This document shows positions 38,739 through 46,840 of a DNA stretch of 64,000 bases, piece after piece. Numbering within the stretch: position 1 is the first letter of the stretch; the number at the start of each line of letters is the position of its first letter. The DNA comes from Planctomycetota bacterium. GTDB lineage: Bacteria > Planctomycetota > UBA1135 > UBA2386. The DNA is taken from the NCBI GenBank assembly GCA_046290465.1, contig JBKAGP010000001.1:4576001-4640000 (forward strand), written 5' to 3'. The position numbers and the translations under genes are program-made. Under the pieces are notes generated by a model. It saw only the letters and a list, made by a program, of their open reading frames with translations. It was not told the DNA's origin and ran no database searches.

Positions 38739-38758
38739 CACCGGGTGGAGGCAGCACG

Positions 38759-39934
38759 ATGCGACCCGAACTTCCGACCCTGATCGCGTTCTCGTTCCTG
38801 GCGGCGGCGCCCGCCGCGCAGAACATCATCCCGACGACGATGGACGGCATCGAAGGTGGCGGCGGCACCAACATCCCCTTCGGCGGCAGCCAGGCGTGCC
38901 GCTACCAGGTCGTCTACGACGCCGAGGAACTGCCGTGGACCGGCCCGCTGGTGATCAACGGCATCCGCATCCGACCCGACTTCAACAATGGCGCGGCGTC
39001 GCCGGCGAAGGGCTTCCTCGACATCTCGGTGCTGGTGTCGACGACGCATCGCGACTCGGCGACGTCGTCGTCGGACTTCGACGACAACTACGGCACCGAC
39101 GCGCAGTGGGTGATCGAGAACTCGCTGGTGCAGCTGCCGGCGCAGCCGCCGATCAGCACCGGCAGCGGTCCGCGGCCGGCCAACATCGATCTGCCGTTCA
39201 CGACCCCGTGGATCTACGGCCTGACGCCGGCGACGCAGTCGCTGCCCGCGCCCGACAACCTGCTGGTCGAGATCCACATCCACAGCCAGCCGAGCGGCTC
39301 GTACCGCGTCGACAACCTGAGCAGCTGCACCGCGCCGACGGCGGAGTTCGGCAACGTCGGCCCGGCGTGTTCGTTCACCGGCAACGGCCCGGTGCTGCTG
39401 ACCGGCGACGTCTCGATGCTCGCCGGCGCCAACTACACCTGGCGGGTCGACGATGCGCCGCCGCTGGCGCCGTTCCTGGTCGCGATCAACCTGACCGACC
39501 AGGGCAACGTGTTCAACATCCCCGGCTTTGCGCTGCCCTACCCGCTGTTCGATCCCGCCAACCCGTCGCAGCCGTCGGCGCTGCTGCAGGCTGCGGGTCT
39601 GCCGTGGTCGGCGCCCGACTGCTGGTTCAACGTCGACCCAGCGGCTTCGTACGGCGGCGCGACCGACGCGAACGGCAGCGGTCTGGTCACCGCGGCGCTG
39701 CCGGCGGGCCGCGAGTTCGTCGGCACGACGTTCTACGCGCAGGCGATCGTCTACGCGCAGACCGTCAACCCGCTGCAGTTCGTGACCTCCAAGGGGCGCG
39801 AGACGACCGTTTGCGGCCCGCTGGGGGTCGCCCGGATCTTCAAGTTCTACAACCCCACCGCGGTGCCGGCGCAGCCGGTGCCGACGGCGGGTTCCAAGTC
39901 GCTCGGAGTCGGCTTCGTGATCGAGGTCTACTGA
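38759..39934 (+). CDS. Secreted beta-rich hypothetical protein
   Basis: Signal peptide ending AAAQ; GGAGG RBS; strong host codon bias. Confidence 0.75.
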   Translation: MRPELPTLIAFSFLAAAPAAQNIIPTTMDGIEGGGGTNIPFGGSQACRYQVVYDAEELPWTGPLVINGIRIRPDFNNGAASPAKGFLDISVLVSTTHRDSATSSSDFDDNYGTDAQWVIENSLVQLPAQPPISTGSGPRPANIDLPFTTPWIYGLTPATQSLPAPDNLLVEIHIHSQPSGSYRVDNLSSCTAPTAEFGNVGPACSFTGNGPVLLTGDVSMLAGANYTWRVDDAPPLAPFLVAINLTDQGNVFNIPGFALPYPLFDPANPSQPSALLQAAGLPWSAPDCWFNVDPAASYGGATDANGSGLVTAALPAGREFVGTTFYAQAIVYAQTVNPLQFVTSKGRETTVCGPLGVARIFKFYNPTAVPAQPVPTAGSKSLGVGFVIEVY

Positions 39935-40000
39935 TCTTCGCGGCGGGGGCGGTCGCTGCCCTTGCCCTGGGGCCGGCTGCGGCCGAAACTGCTCGCCCCA

Positions 40001-40924
40001 ATGAAGGTCCTGCTCTGTCGCCCGCGAGGGTTCTGCGCCGGCGTGGATCGCGCCATCGAGACGGTCGAGCGCGCGCTCGACAAGTTCGGGCGTCCGGTCT
40101 ACGTGCGCCACGAAATCGTGCACAACCAGGTGGTCGTCCGCGACCTGGAGCAGAAGGGCGCGATCTTCGTGGAGGACCTGTCGACGGTGCCCGAGGGCAG
40201 CCACGTGATCTTCAGCGCGCACGGCGTCGCCCCCGAGGTCTTCGACCAGGCCGACCGCTACAAGCTGCAGGCGATCGACGCGACCTGCCCGCTGGTCACC
40301 AAGGTGCACGTCGAGGCGCGACGGTTCGCGGCGCGGGACTTCACGATCCTGCTGATCGGCCATGCCGACCACGTCGAGGTCGAGGGCGTCGTCGGCGAAG
40401 CGCCGGACCGCACGATCGTGGTCGCGACCGCCGAGGAGGCGGAGAAGGTCGAGGTGCCGGACCCGACGCGCATCGGCGTGCTGACGCAGACGACGCTCAG
40501 CATCGACGAGGCGATGCAGGTGATGGGCGTGTTGAAGCGCCGCTTCCCGGAGCTGACGACGCCGCGCAAGGAAGACATCTGCTACGCGACCACCAACCGG
40601 CAGAACGCCGTCAAGCAGCTGCGCGGCCGGGTCGACATCTGGCTCGTCATCGGTGATCCGATGAGCAGCAACAGCAACCGCCTGCGCGAGCTGGGCGCCG
40701 ACTCCGGCGTGCCGGCACACCTGGTGCTCGGGCCGCACGAGCTGCAAGACGAGTGGTTCGAAGGCGTGTCCGCGGTCGGGGTGACGTCGGGCGCGAGCAC
40801 GCCGGAGGGCAGCGTGCAGGCGGTCGTCGACCATCTGCGCGGCATCGGCGCGACGTCGGTCGAGGAGGTCGACGGGATCCCCGAGACGATCGAATTCACG
40901 CTGCCGATGCAGCTGCGGTCCTGA
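40001..40924 (+). CDS. ispH: 4-hydroxy-3-methylbut-2-enyl diphosphate reductase
   Basis: PRGFCAGV, HEIVHN, SAHGV, DATCPLV, QTTLS, ICYATTNRQ, SSNS. Confidence 0.98.
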   Translation: MKVLLCRPRGFCAGVDRAIETVERALDKFGRPVYVRHEIVHNQVVVRDLEQKGAIFVEDLSTVPEGSHVIFSAHGVAPEVFDQADRYKLQAIDATCPLVTKVHVEARRFAARDFTILLIGHADHVEVEGVVGEAPDRTIVVATAEEAEKVEVPDPTRIGVLTQTTLSIDEAMQVMGVLKRRFPELTTPRKEDICYATTNRQNAVKQLRGRVDIWLVIGDPMSSNSNRLRELGADSGVPAHLVLGPHELQDEWFEGVSAVGVTSGASTPEGSVQAVVDHLRGIGATSVEEVDGIPETIEFTLPMQLRS

Positions 40925-40929
40925 CGTCG

Positions 40930-42582
40930 ATGCGCGTCGCGCTCTGCCAGATCGACACGACGGTCGGCGACTTCGACGGCAACGTGCGTCGCATCGTCGA
41001 CGCCGCCGAGCGTGCGCGCGCCGAGGGCGCCGTGCTGGCGGTGTTTCCCGAGCTGTCGGTGTGCGGCTACCCGGCCGAGGACCTGCTGATCCGGCCGGCG
41101 TTCCTCGCAGCGCACGACCGGGCCCTGGCCGAGCTTGCCGCGAAGGCGCCGCACGGCGTCGACCTGCTGGTCGGTTGCCTGGAGCGCAACGACGACGCGG
41201 CGCGGACCGGCGGCCGTGAGCTGCACAACGCGGTCGTGCGGCTGCGCGACGGCGCCGTCGAGATCGTCGCGCGCAAGTGCTTGCTGCCGACCTACGACGT
41301 GTTCGACGAGTCGCGCTACTTCGAGCCGTGGCAGACGCCCGAGCACAACGTGGTCGACGTCGCCGGCGTCCGGGTCGGGGTGGTGGTCTGCGAGGACGGC
41401 TGGAACGACGAGCAGTTCTTCGGCCGCCGCAGCTACGCGATCGACCCGGTCGAACGGGTCGTGCAGGCCGGCGCCGAGCTGGTCGTCAACCTCAGCGCCA
41501 GCCCGTGGGCGCGTGGCCGCACGGCGTTCCGCGCGCGCATGGTCGTGGCCGCCGCGCGCCGCCACGGTGTGCCGATGGTCTACGTCAACCAGGTCGGTGG
41601 CGACGTCGAGCTGCAGTTCGACGGTGGCTCGCTGGCGGCCAAGGCCGAGGGCATCGCAGCGCAGCCGGTCGCGTTCACCGAGGCGGTCCGCGTCGTCGAC
41701 ACCGCAGAGCCGTGGACCGAGCAGCTGGTCGACCCCGAGCTCGTGCGCATGCAATACCTGGCGTGCGTGCAGGGCATCCGCGCCTACGTGCGCAAGTTCG
41801 GCTTCTCGAAGGTGGTCGTCGGGCTGTCGGGTGGCATCGACTCGGCGCTGGTCGCGACGCTCGCCGTCGACGCGCTCGGCGCCGAGAACGTCACCGGCAT
41901 CGGCATGCCGTCGCGCTACTCGAGTGGGCACAGCGTCGACGACGCGCGCGCGCTGGCGGACAACCTCGGCGTCGCGTTCCACCTGCTGCCGATCGCGCCG
42001 CTGCAGGGCGCGTTCGAACAGGTGCTCGAGCCGGTGTTCGCCGGCACCGAGCCGGGCCTGGCTGAGGAGAACGTGCAGTCGCGGGCGCGCGGGGTGCTGC
42101 TGATGGCGTTCGCCAACAAGCACGGCCAGCTGCTGCTGACGACCGGCAACAAGAGCGAGTGCGCGGTCGGCTACTGCACGATCTACGGCGACACCAACGG
42201 CGCGCTCGCGCCGATCGCGGACCTGTGGAAGACCGAGGTCTGGGCGATGTCGCGCTGGCTCAACCGCGATGGCGTGCGCATTCCGACCCACTCGATCGAG
42301 AAGCCGCCGAGCGCCGAGCTGCGCCCCGATCAGCTCGACACCGACAGCCTGCCGGACTACGACGCGCTCGACCCGGTGCTGCGCTGCCTGGTCGAGGACG
42401 AGCTGTCGGTCGAGGCGACCGCCGAACGGACCGGCATGCCGCGCGACCAGGTCGCCCGCCTGTTCCGGCTGGTGCAGAACAGCGAGTGGAAGCGCTACCA
42501 GTATCCGCCGACGCTGCGCCTCAGCGATCGCTGCTGGCGCGGCCGGCGCATGCCGGTCAGCCACCGCTACCGCGAGCCGTAG
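40930..42582 (+). CDS. nadE: Glutamine-dependent NAD+ synthetase
   Basis: FPELSVCGYP, KCLLPTYDVFDE, CED, GLSGGIDS, TGNKSE, PSAEL. Confidence 0.97.
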   Translation: MRVALCQIDTTVGDFDGNVRRIVDAAERARAEGAVLAVFPELSVCGYPAEDLLIRPAFLAAHDRALAELAAKAPHGVDLLVGCLERNDDAARTGGRELHNAVVRLRDGAVEIVARKCLLPTYDVFDESRYFEPWQTPEHNVVDVAGVRVGVVVCEDGWNDEQFFGRRSYAIDPVERVVQAGAELVVNLSASPWARGRTAFRARMVVAAARRHGVPMVYVNQVGGDVELQFDGGSLAAKAEGIAAQPVAFTEAVRVVDTAEPWTEQLVDPELVRMQYLACVQGIRAYVRKFGFSKVVVGLSGGIDSALVATLAVDALGAENVTGIGMPSRYSSGHSVDDARALADNLGVAFHLLPIAPLQGAFEQVLEPVFAGTEPGLAEENVQSRARGVLLMAFANKHGQLLLTTGNKSECAVGYCTIYGDTNGALAPIADLWKTEVWAMSRWLNRDGVRIPTHSIEKPPSAELRPDQLDTDSLPDYDALDPVLRCLVEDELSVEATAERTGMPRDQVARLFRLVQNSEWKRYQYPPTLRLSDRCWRGRRMPVSHRYREP

Positions 42583-42612
42583 CGGGGCGGCGACGCGGAT
42601 CGGCGACGCGGA

Positions 42613-44721
42613 TCAGCCCTTCTTCTTGCCGCCGAACAGGCCTTCGAGGCCCTTCTTGATGCCGCCCTCGAGCAGCTCCTTGCCCTGCTGTTCGAGCAGT
42701 TTGGTCGCGACGTCGCCGAGGTCGGGCAGGCCGAGCTTCGGTGCGTCGACGGTGCCGCCGAGCTTGGCGCCGGGCAGGCTGCCACCAAGCGCCTTCAGCA
42801 CCTTCTCGCCGTCCTTGTGGCCCTGTAGCAGCGACGCGAAGTCCATCGTGTAGTCGATCTTGCCGTCGAAGCCGACCGAACCGTTGAGCCCGATCTTCTT
42901 GCCGGCCGCCAGCCACTCGGCGCTCTTGGTCGTGACCATGCCCTCGGCGAACGAGAACGGCGCCGCGAACGAGTCGATCTTGAGCTTGCCGCCCTCGGCG
43001 ATCGGCGCGATCTTGGCGCTGAGCGGTCCGAGCGGTTGCAGCAGGCCCTGCAGCGCCGGTGACGGCGCGAACGCGGTGTTGGCGAGGCCGAGCGAGCCGT
43101 CGCCGCTCCAGCCGTCGAGCCAGCCGAGCCAGGTCTGCTCGTCGGTCTTCATCGCCGGTCCGGCGAAGCTCAGGTCGAGGTTGACGTCGCCGAAGATCTG
43201 GGTCACGTCGGCGTCGAGGCCCGTGAACATCGGCACGACGTAGCGCAGGGTCTGGGTCGCGCCACCCGTCAGCTTGCCGCCGTTCCACTCGAGCGACGCG
43301 GTGGTCGGCATCTTGGCGAAGTCGGTGAGGTCGACGCCGACGTTGGCGACCAGCGCGCCACCGTCGAGCCTGGTGGTCGGCGCGGTCGACAGCTTGACCT
43401 TGCCGGCGCTCATGTCGAGGTCGACGCCGAGGTCGCGCAGGGCGAAGCCGGCGACGTCGAGCGCCGCGATCTGGAGCTTGGCGGAGGCGCCGATCGCCTT
43501 GGCCCAGCCGGCGGCGTCGGTCGGCAGCTCCTTGGTCGGAACGTCGAGCTGGCCGGCCAGCTTCGAGCCGGAGCCCTTCAGCATCTCCGGCATCGGGCCG
43601 CCGAACTCGGCGAGCCGCGCGATGTCGAGGTCGTAGCCGAACGCGACCTTGCCGTCACCCGTGGCCGGCTTGCCGTTGACGTGCAGCCACTCGAGATCGA
43701 TCGCGAAGTTGCTGGCGTCGATCTTCGAAGATGCGCCGGTGCCGAGCGCGATCGCCGGCGTGATCTTCCACTGCTTGGACACCAGGTCCATGCCCTGCAC
43801 GATCGGGCCGGCGATGCGCGGGCTGTCGACGATCAGTTCGCCGGCGAGTTCGACCTGGTCGCCGCTGTGCAGCCTGGCCGTGATGTCGCCGTCGACCTTG
43901 CCCGCGAGCGCGGTCAGCTGGTCCGGCATGAACGACTGCACCAGCGGGCTCCACGCCGCGAGGTCGAGGCCGTGCGTCGTCAGCTTGGCGTCGGTCGTCT
44001 CGGCCGCGGGGTCGAGCTTGAGCATCACCGCCAGGTCGCCCGCGCGCAGCTTGCCGGTCGCCTCGACGTCGATCTCGTCCGAGTCGGACGCGCTCTTGGC
44101 GTGGCACTGGAAGTCGCTCAGCGCCTCGAGGATCTCGCCCTCGCGGCGGATCGTCACGGCGCAGTCGCGCAGCTGGAAGTCGAGCGCGAAGGCGCCGCTC
44201 GGTTGCTTTTGCGTCGGCTCGCCGCCGCCCTCAATGCCGCCTTCGTTGCCGCCCTCGCCCCCGGCTTCGGCCGGCTTCTCGGGCGCCAGCTTCTGCAGGT
44301 TGGTCGTGCCGTCCGCGTTCTGCTCGACGAACACCTCGAGGCCGACGATCTCGCCGCTGGCCGACAGCGTGCCGAACAGCAGCGAGGTCAGCGCGACGTC
44401 GGCGGCCATGCTCTTCATCGTCATCGCCGGCCGTTCGGTCGGGAACCCGGGCGGGTTCTCGATGCGCAGCCCGTTCATCTGCAGGCCCGAGAACCAGCCG
44501 AACGACACGTCCTCGACGGTGGCCTTGCCGTTGAGGTTGGTCGACAGCTGCTCCTCGACCGTCGAACGCAGGAAGCCGAGGGACAACGCGTACGGTGCGA
44601 GCAGCACCAGCAACAGCAGCACGCTGGCGATGATCAGGAACAGCCGAAGACCCCTGCGCCGTTTCTTCGGTGGCAAGGGAGCTGCGGCGGGCGAGGAATC
44701 CGAGTTCGAGCTGACGTCCAT
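42613..44721 (-). CDS. AsmA-like membrane-anchored beta-rich protein
   Basis: N-terminal TM, LRIENPPGF, NADGTTNL, C-terminal GSVGFDGKIDY...LGGTVDAPK. Confidence 0.7.
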   Translation of the reverse strand: MDVSSNSDSSPAAAPLPPKKRRRGLRLFLIIASVLLLLVLLAPYALSLGFLRSTVEEQLSTNLNGKATVEDVSFGWFSGLQMNGLRIENPPGFPTERPAMTMKSMAADVALTSLLFGTLSASGEIVGLEVFVEQNADGTTNLQKLAPEKPAEAGGEGGNEGGIEGGGEPTQKQPSGAFALDFQLRDCAVTIRREGEILEALSDFQCHAKSASDSDEIDVEATGKLRAGDLAVMLKLDPAAETTDAKLTTHGLDLAAWSPLVQSFMPDQLTALAGKVDGDITARLHSGDQVELAGELIVDSPRIAGPIVQGMDLVSKQWKITPAIALGTGASSKIDASNFAIDLEWLHVNGKPATGDGKVAFGYDLDIARLAEFGGPMPEMLKGSGSKLAGQLDVPTKELPTDAAGWAKAIGASAKLQIAALDVAGFALRDLGVDLDMSAGKVKLSTAPTTRLDGGALVANVGVDLTDFAKMPTTASLEWNGGKLTGGATQTLRYVVPMFTGLDADVTQIFGDVNLDLSFAGPAMKTDEQTWLGWLDGWSGDGSLGLANTAFAPSPALQGLLQPLGPLSAKIAPIAEGGKLKIDSFAAPFSFAEGMVTTKSAEWLAAGKKIGLNGSVGFDGKIDYTMDFASLLQGHKDGEKVLKALGGSLPGAKLGGTVDAPKLGLPDLGDVATKLLEQQGKELLEGGIKKGLEGLFGGKKKG

Positions 44722-44735
44722 GCGAGAGGGTCATC

Positions 44736-45536
44736 ATGCCGAAAAAGACCGCCGGAGTGACGAACCAGCAGAAGAAGCACAACCTCTCGATGCTCGAGCG
44801 GGCGGATCTCGCGTTGGCGAGCCGGCTGGTCGGCGAGGGCGTCGAGGAGGATCTGATCGCCGGCGCGCAGCGCGTGCTGGACGGGATCCGTCGTCCGTCG
44901 CCGAGTGACGCGGAGTTCGTCATTTCGCTGCTGCGGCTACGGGGCTTCGTCCTCGACGACGCCGACGCCGAGGACGTGCTGGCCGGGCGCGAGAGCCGCA
45001 TGTCGCCTTTGACGCAGGAGTACCGGCTGCTGCGCGGCCTGCAGAAGTGCCTGCGCATGATCCGCCAGCGGGCGTCACAGAGCGTGCCACCGGACGGCTG
45101 GTTCCTCGTCGACCTGTTCCGGACGATGACGGCCGAACTGCCGCGCTTCCGCAACAACGACCTGCGCCGCAGCCCGCCGTGGGACGCGCTGCTCTACGTC
45201 AACTATCCGTCTCCGGACCAGCTGCGCTTCCTGGTCGATTCGTTCGACTGCAAGCGCTGCTACCGCGACGCGCCGATCGTCTTCAACGGCATGCACCCGG
45301 TCCGTCAGGGCTTCCGCCTGATGTGGCGGTGGGCCCGGATCGCGCCGTTCCCGGACTTCAACGCGGTGATCGCGTGGCTCGGCATGAACGCCTGGCTGCA
45401 CGCCAAGGGCTTCCCGCTGCTGCGCGCCGAGCAGGGCGACCAGCAGTTCTTGTCGAAGCTGCTGAGCGGGCCGCCGCCGTCGAAGATCGTGCAGTTCGAG
45501 GCGCGCCTGGTCGCGGCGTTCGAGACCGTCCGGTAG
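44736..45536 (+). CDS. Fic/Doc-fold protein with degenerate catalytic motif
   Basis: HPV...IAPFPDFNAVIAWLGMNAWL..GFP corresponds to HPFxDGNGRxxR. Confidence 0.65.
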   Translation: MPKKTAGVTNQQKKHNLSMLERADLALASRLVGEGVEEDLIAGAQRVLDGIRRPSPSDAEFVISLLRLRGFVLDDADAEDVLAGRESRMSPLTQEYRLLRGLQKCLRMIRQRASQSVPPDGWFLVDLFRTMTAELPRFRNNDLRRSPPWDALLYVNYPSPDQLRFLVDSFDCKRCYRDAPIVFNGMHPVRQGFRLMWRWARIAPFPDFNAVIAWLGMNAWLHAKGFPLLRAEQGDQQFLSKLLSGPPPSKIVQFEARLVAAFETVR

Positions 45537-45537
45537 C

Positions 45538-45936
45538 TCAGCGCCGCGCCTTGAGCTGGATGTCGTCCTCGGTGTCGAGGGTCTTGTCCGGCCCGGACGA
45601 GACCACGAAGAACGACCGCTTGCTGTCGCCGTCGCGCAGCACGTATTCCTGCTCCCACGGATCGCAGGTTGGGTCGTCGAAGTAGGTGACGTCGTCCTCG
45701 TCGGGGGTGGTCAGGTCCTGCATCGACGGCAGGCGACCCTGCTCGTTGTAGTACCACTTGGCGGCGTTGGCGATCACCTTGAGGTCGGTCCTGGCGCGGT
45801 CGACGTGCGCCTGGTCGGCGATCGGGAACACGTTGAGCGCGACCATGGTCGCGATCAGGCCGAGGATCACGATCACGACCATGACCTCGACGAGGGTGAA
45901 GCCGGCACTGCGGCACCGAGAGGGGGAGTGGTTCAT
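45538..45936 (-). CDS. gspG: GspG-like major pseudopilin
   Basis: Prepilin motif GFTLVEVMVV; DPWEQEY, SSGPDK, DDI. Confidence 0.8.
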   Translation of the reverse strand: MNHSPSRCRSAGFTLVEVMVVIVILGLIATMVALNVFPIADQAHVDRARTDLKVIANAAKWYYNEQGRLPSMQDLTTPDEDDVTYFDDPTCDPWEQEYVLRDGDSKRSFFVVSSGPDKTLDTEDDIQLKARR

Positions 45937-45967
45937 CGTGGGCGCTGGGACGTCGCGCCGGCGACGA

Positions 45968-46735
45968 CTATTCCGAACGGGGCATCAGCCGCGTGACGAT
46001 CGCGAGCGGGATCGCGCGCTGGCCGTCGAGCACCAGCCGTTCGAAGTCGATGGAAGTCAATTGACCTTCGATCGTCTCACCGGCGGTCACCGACACCTCG
46101 CGGCCGAGCAGCGCCAGCCGTTCGCGGAAGAGGTGCTCGTATGCGGCGACGTCGCCGCCCGCGACGATCGCGCCGAGCATCGCGTCGACCTGTTCGGCCA
46201 GGGCCAGCAGCACGTCGGCCCGTCGGTGCTCGCGTCCGCGCAGCAACCGCAGCGAGGTGGCGGTCGCGGCGAGCGGGGCGGGGAAGCGCGTGCGGTTGAC
46301 GTTGATGCCGATGCCGATGCGGTAGGTGTGCGGCCTGGCGCTGTCGCGGTCGATCAGCACGCCGGACAGCTTGCGGTCGCCGGCGTACACGTCGTTGGGC
46401 CACTTGATGCGCAGGCGCGCCCCGGCGAACGGTTCGCACGCCCGCAGCACGGCCACCGGCAGCGCCGCCGGCAGCAGGATCGGGTCGGGCAGGCGCACCG
46501 TGACGCGGAACGTCGCCGCGAGATCGAGTCCGGAATCGTCGTCCCAGACGCGCTGCTGGCGGCCGCGCCCACGGGTCTGGTGGTCGGCCCAGAAGACGGC
46601 GTCGTCGGATCCGTGGGTGTCCGTAGCTTCGGCAGCGGCCAGATCTTGTGTCGAATCACACGACGCGGCGTGCAGCAGCTTCGAGAACCGCGTGCGCCGC
46701 TTTAGCTCGGATTGCAGGGTTTCGTCGTCGGTCAT
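45968..46735 (-). CDS. birA: Biotin-protein ligase (no HTH domain)
   Basis: DSTQ, QTRGRGRQQRVW, KWPND, KLSGVL, GIGINV. Confidence 0.9.
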   Translation of the reverse strand: MTDDETLQSELKRRTRFSKLLHAASCDSTQDLAAAEATDTHGSDDAVFWADHQTRGRGRQQRVWDDDSGLDLAATFRVTVRLPDPILLPAALPVAVLRACEPFAGARLRIKWPNDVYAGDRKLSGVLIDRDSARPHTYRIGIGINVNRTRFPAPLAATATSLRLLRGREHRRADVLLALAEQVDAMLGAIVAGGDVAAYEHLFRERLALLGREVSVTAGETIEGQLTSIDFERLVLDGQRAIPLAIVTRLMPRSE

Positions 46736-46772
46736 TCGGGAAGGGGCCGGAACCGCCCACATCATCGCGGAC

Positions 46773-46801
46773 TGAAGTTGTCGGGCCAACTGTGCCGATG
46801 G
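46773..46801 (+). promoter_or_regulatory. Possible sigma28 promoter for the glycosyltransferase
   Basis: TGAA-N17-GCCGATGG, 39 nt before ATG 46841. Confidence 0.35.
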
Positions 46802-46840
46802 TGTGGACGTGTTGGACGGTTCGTCCGCACAGGCAAAGGA

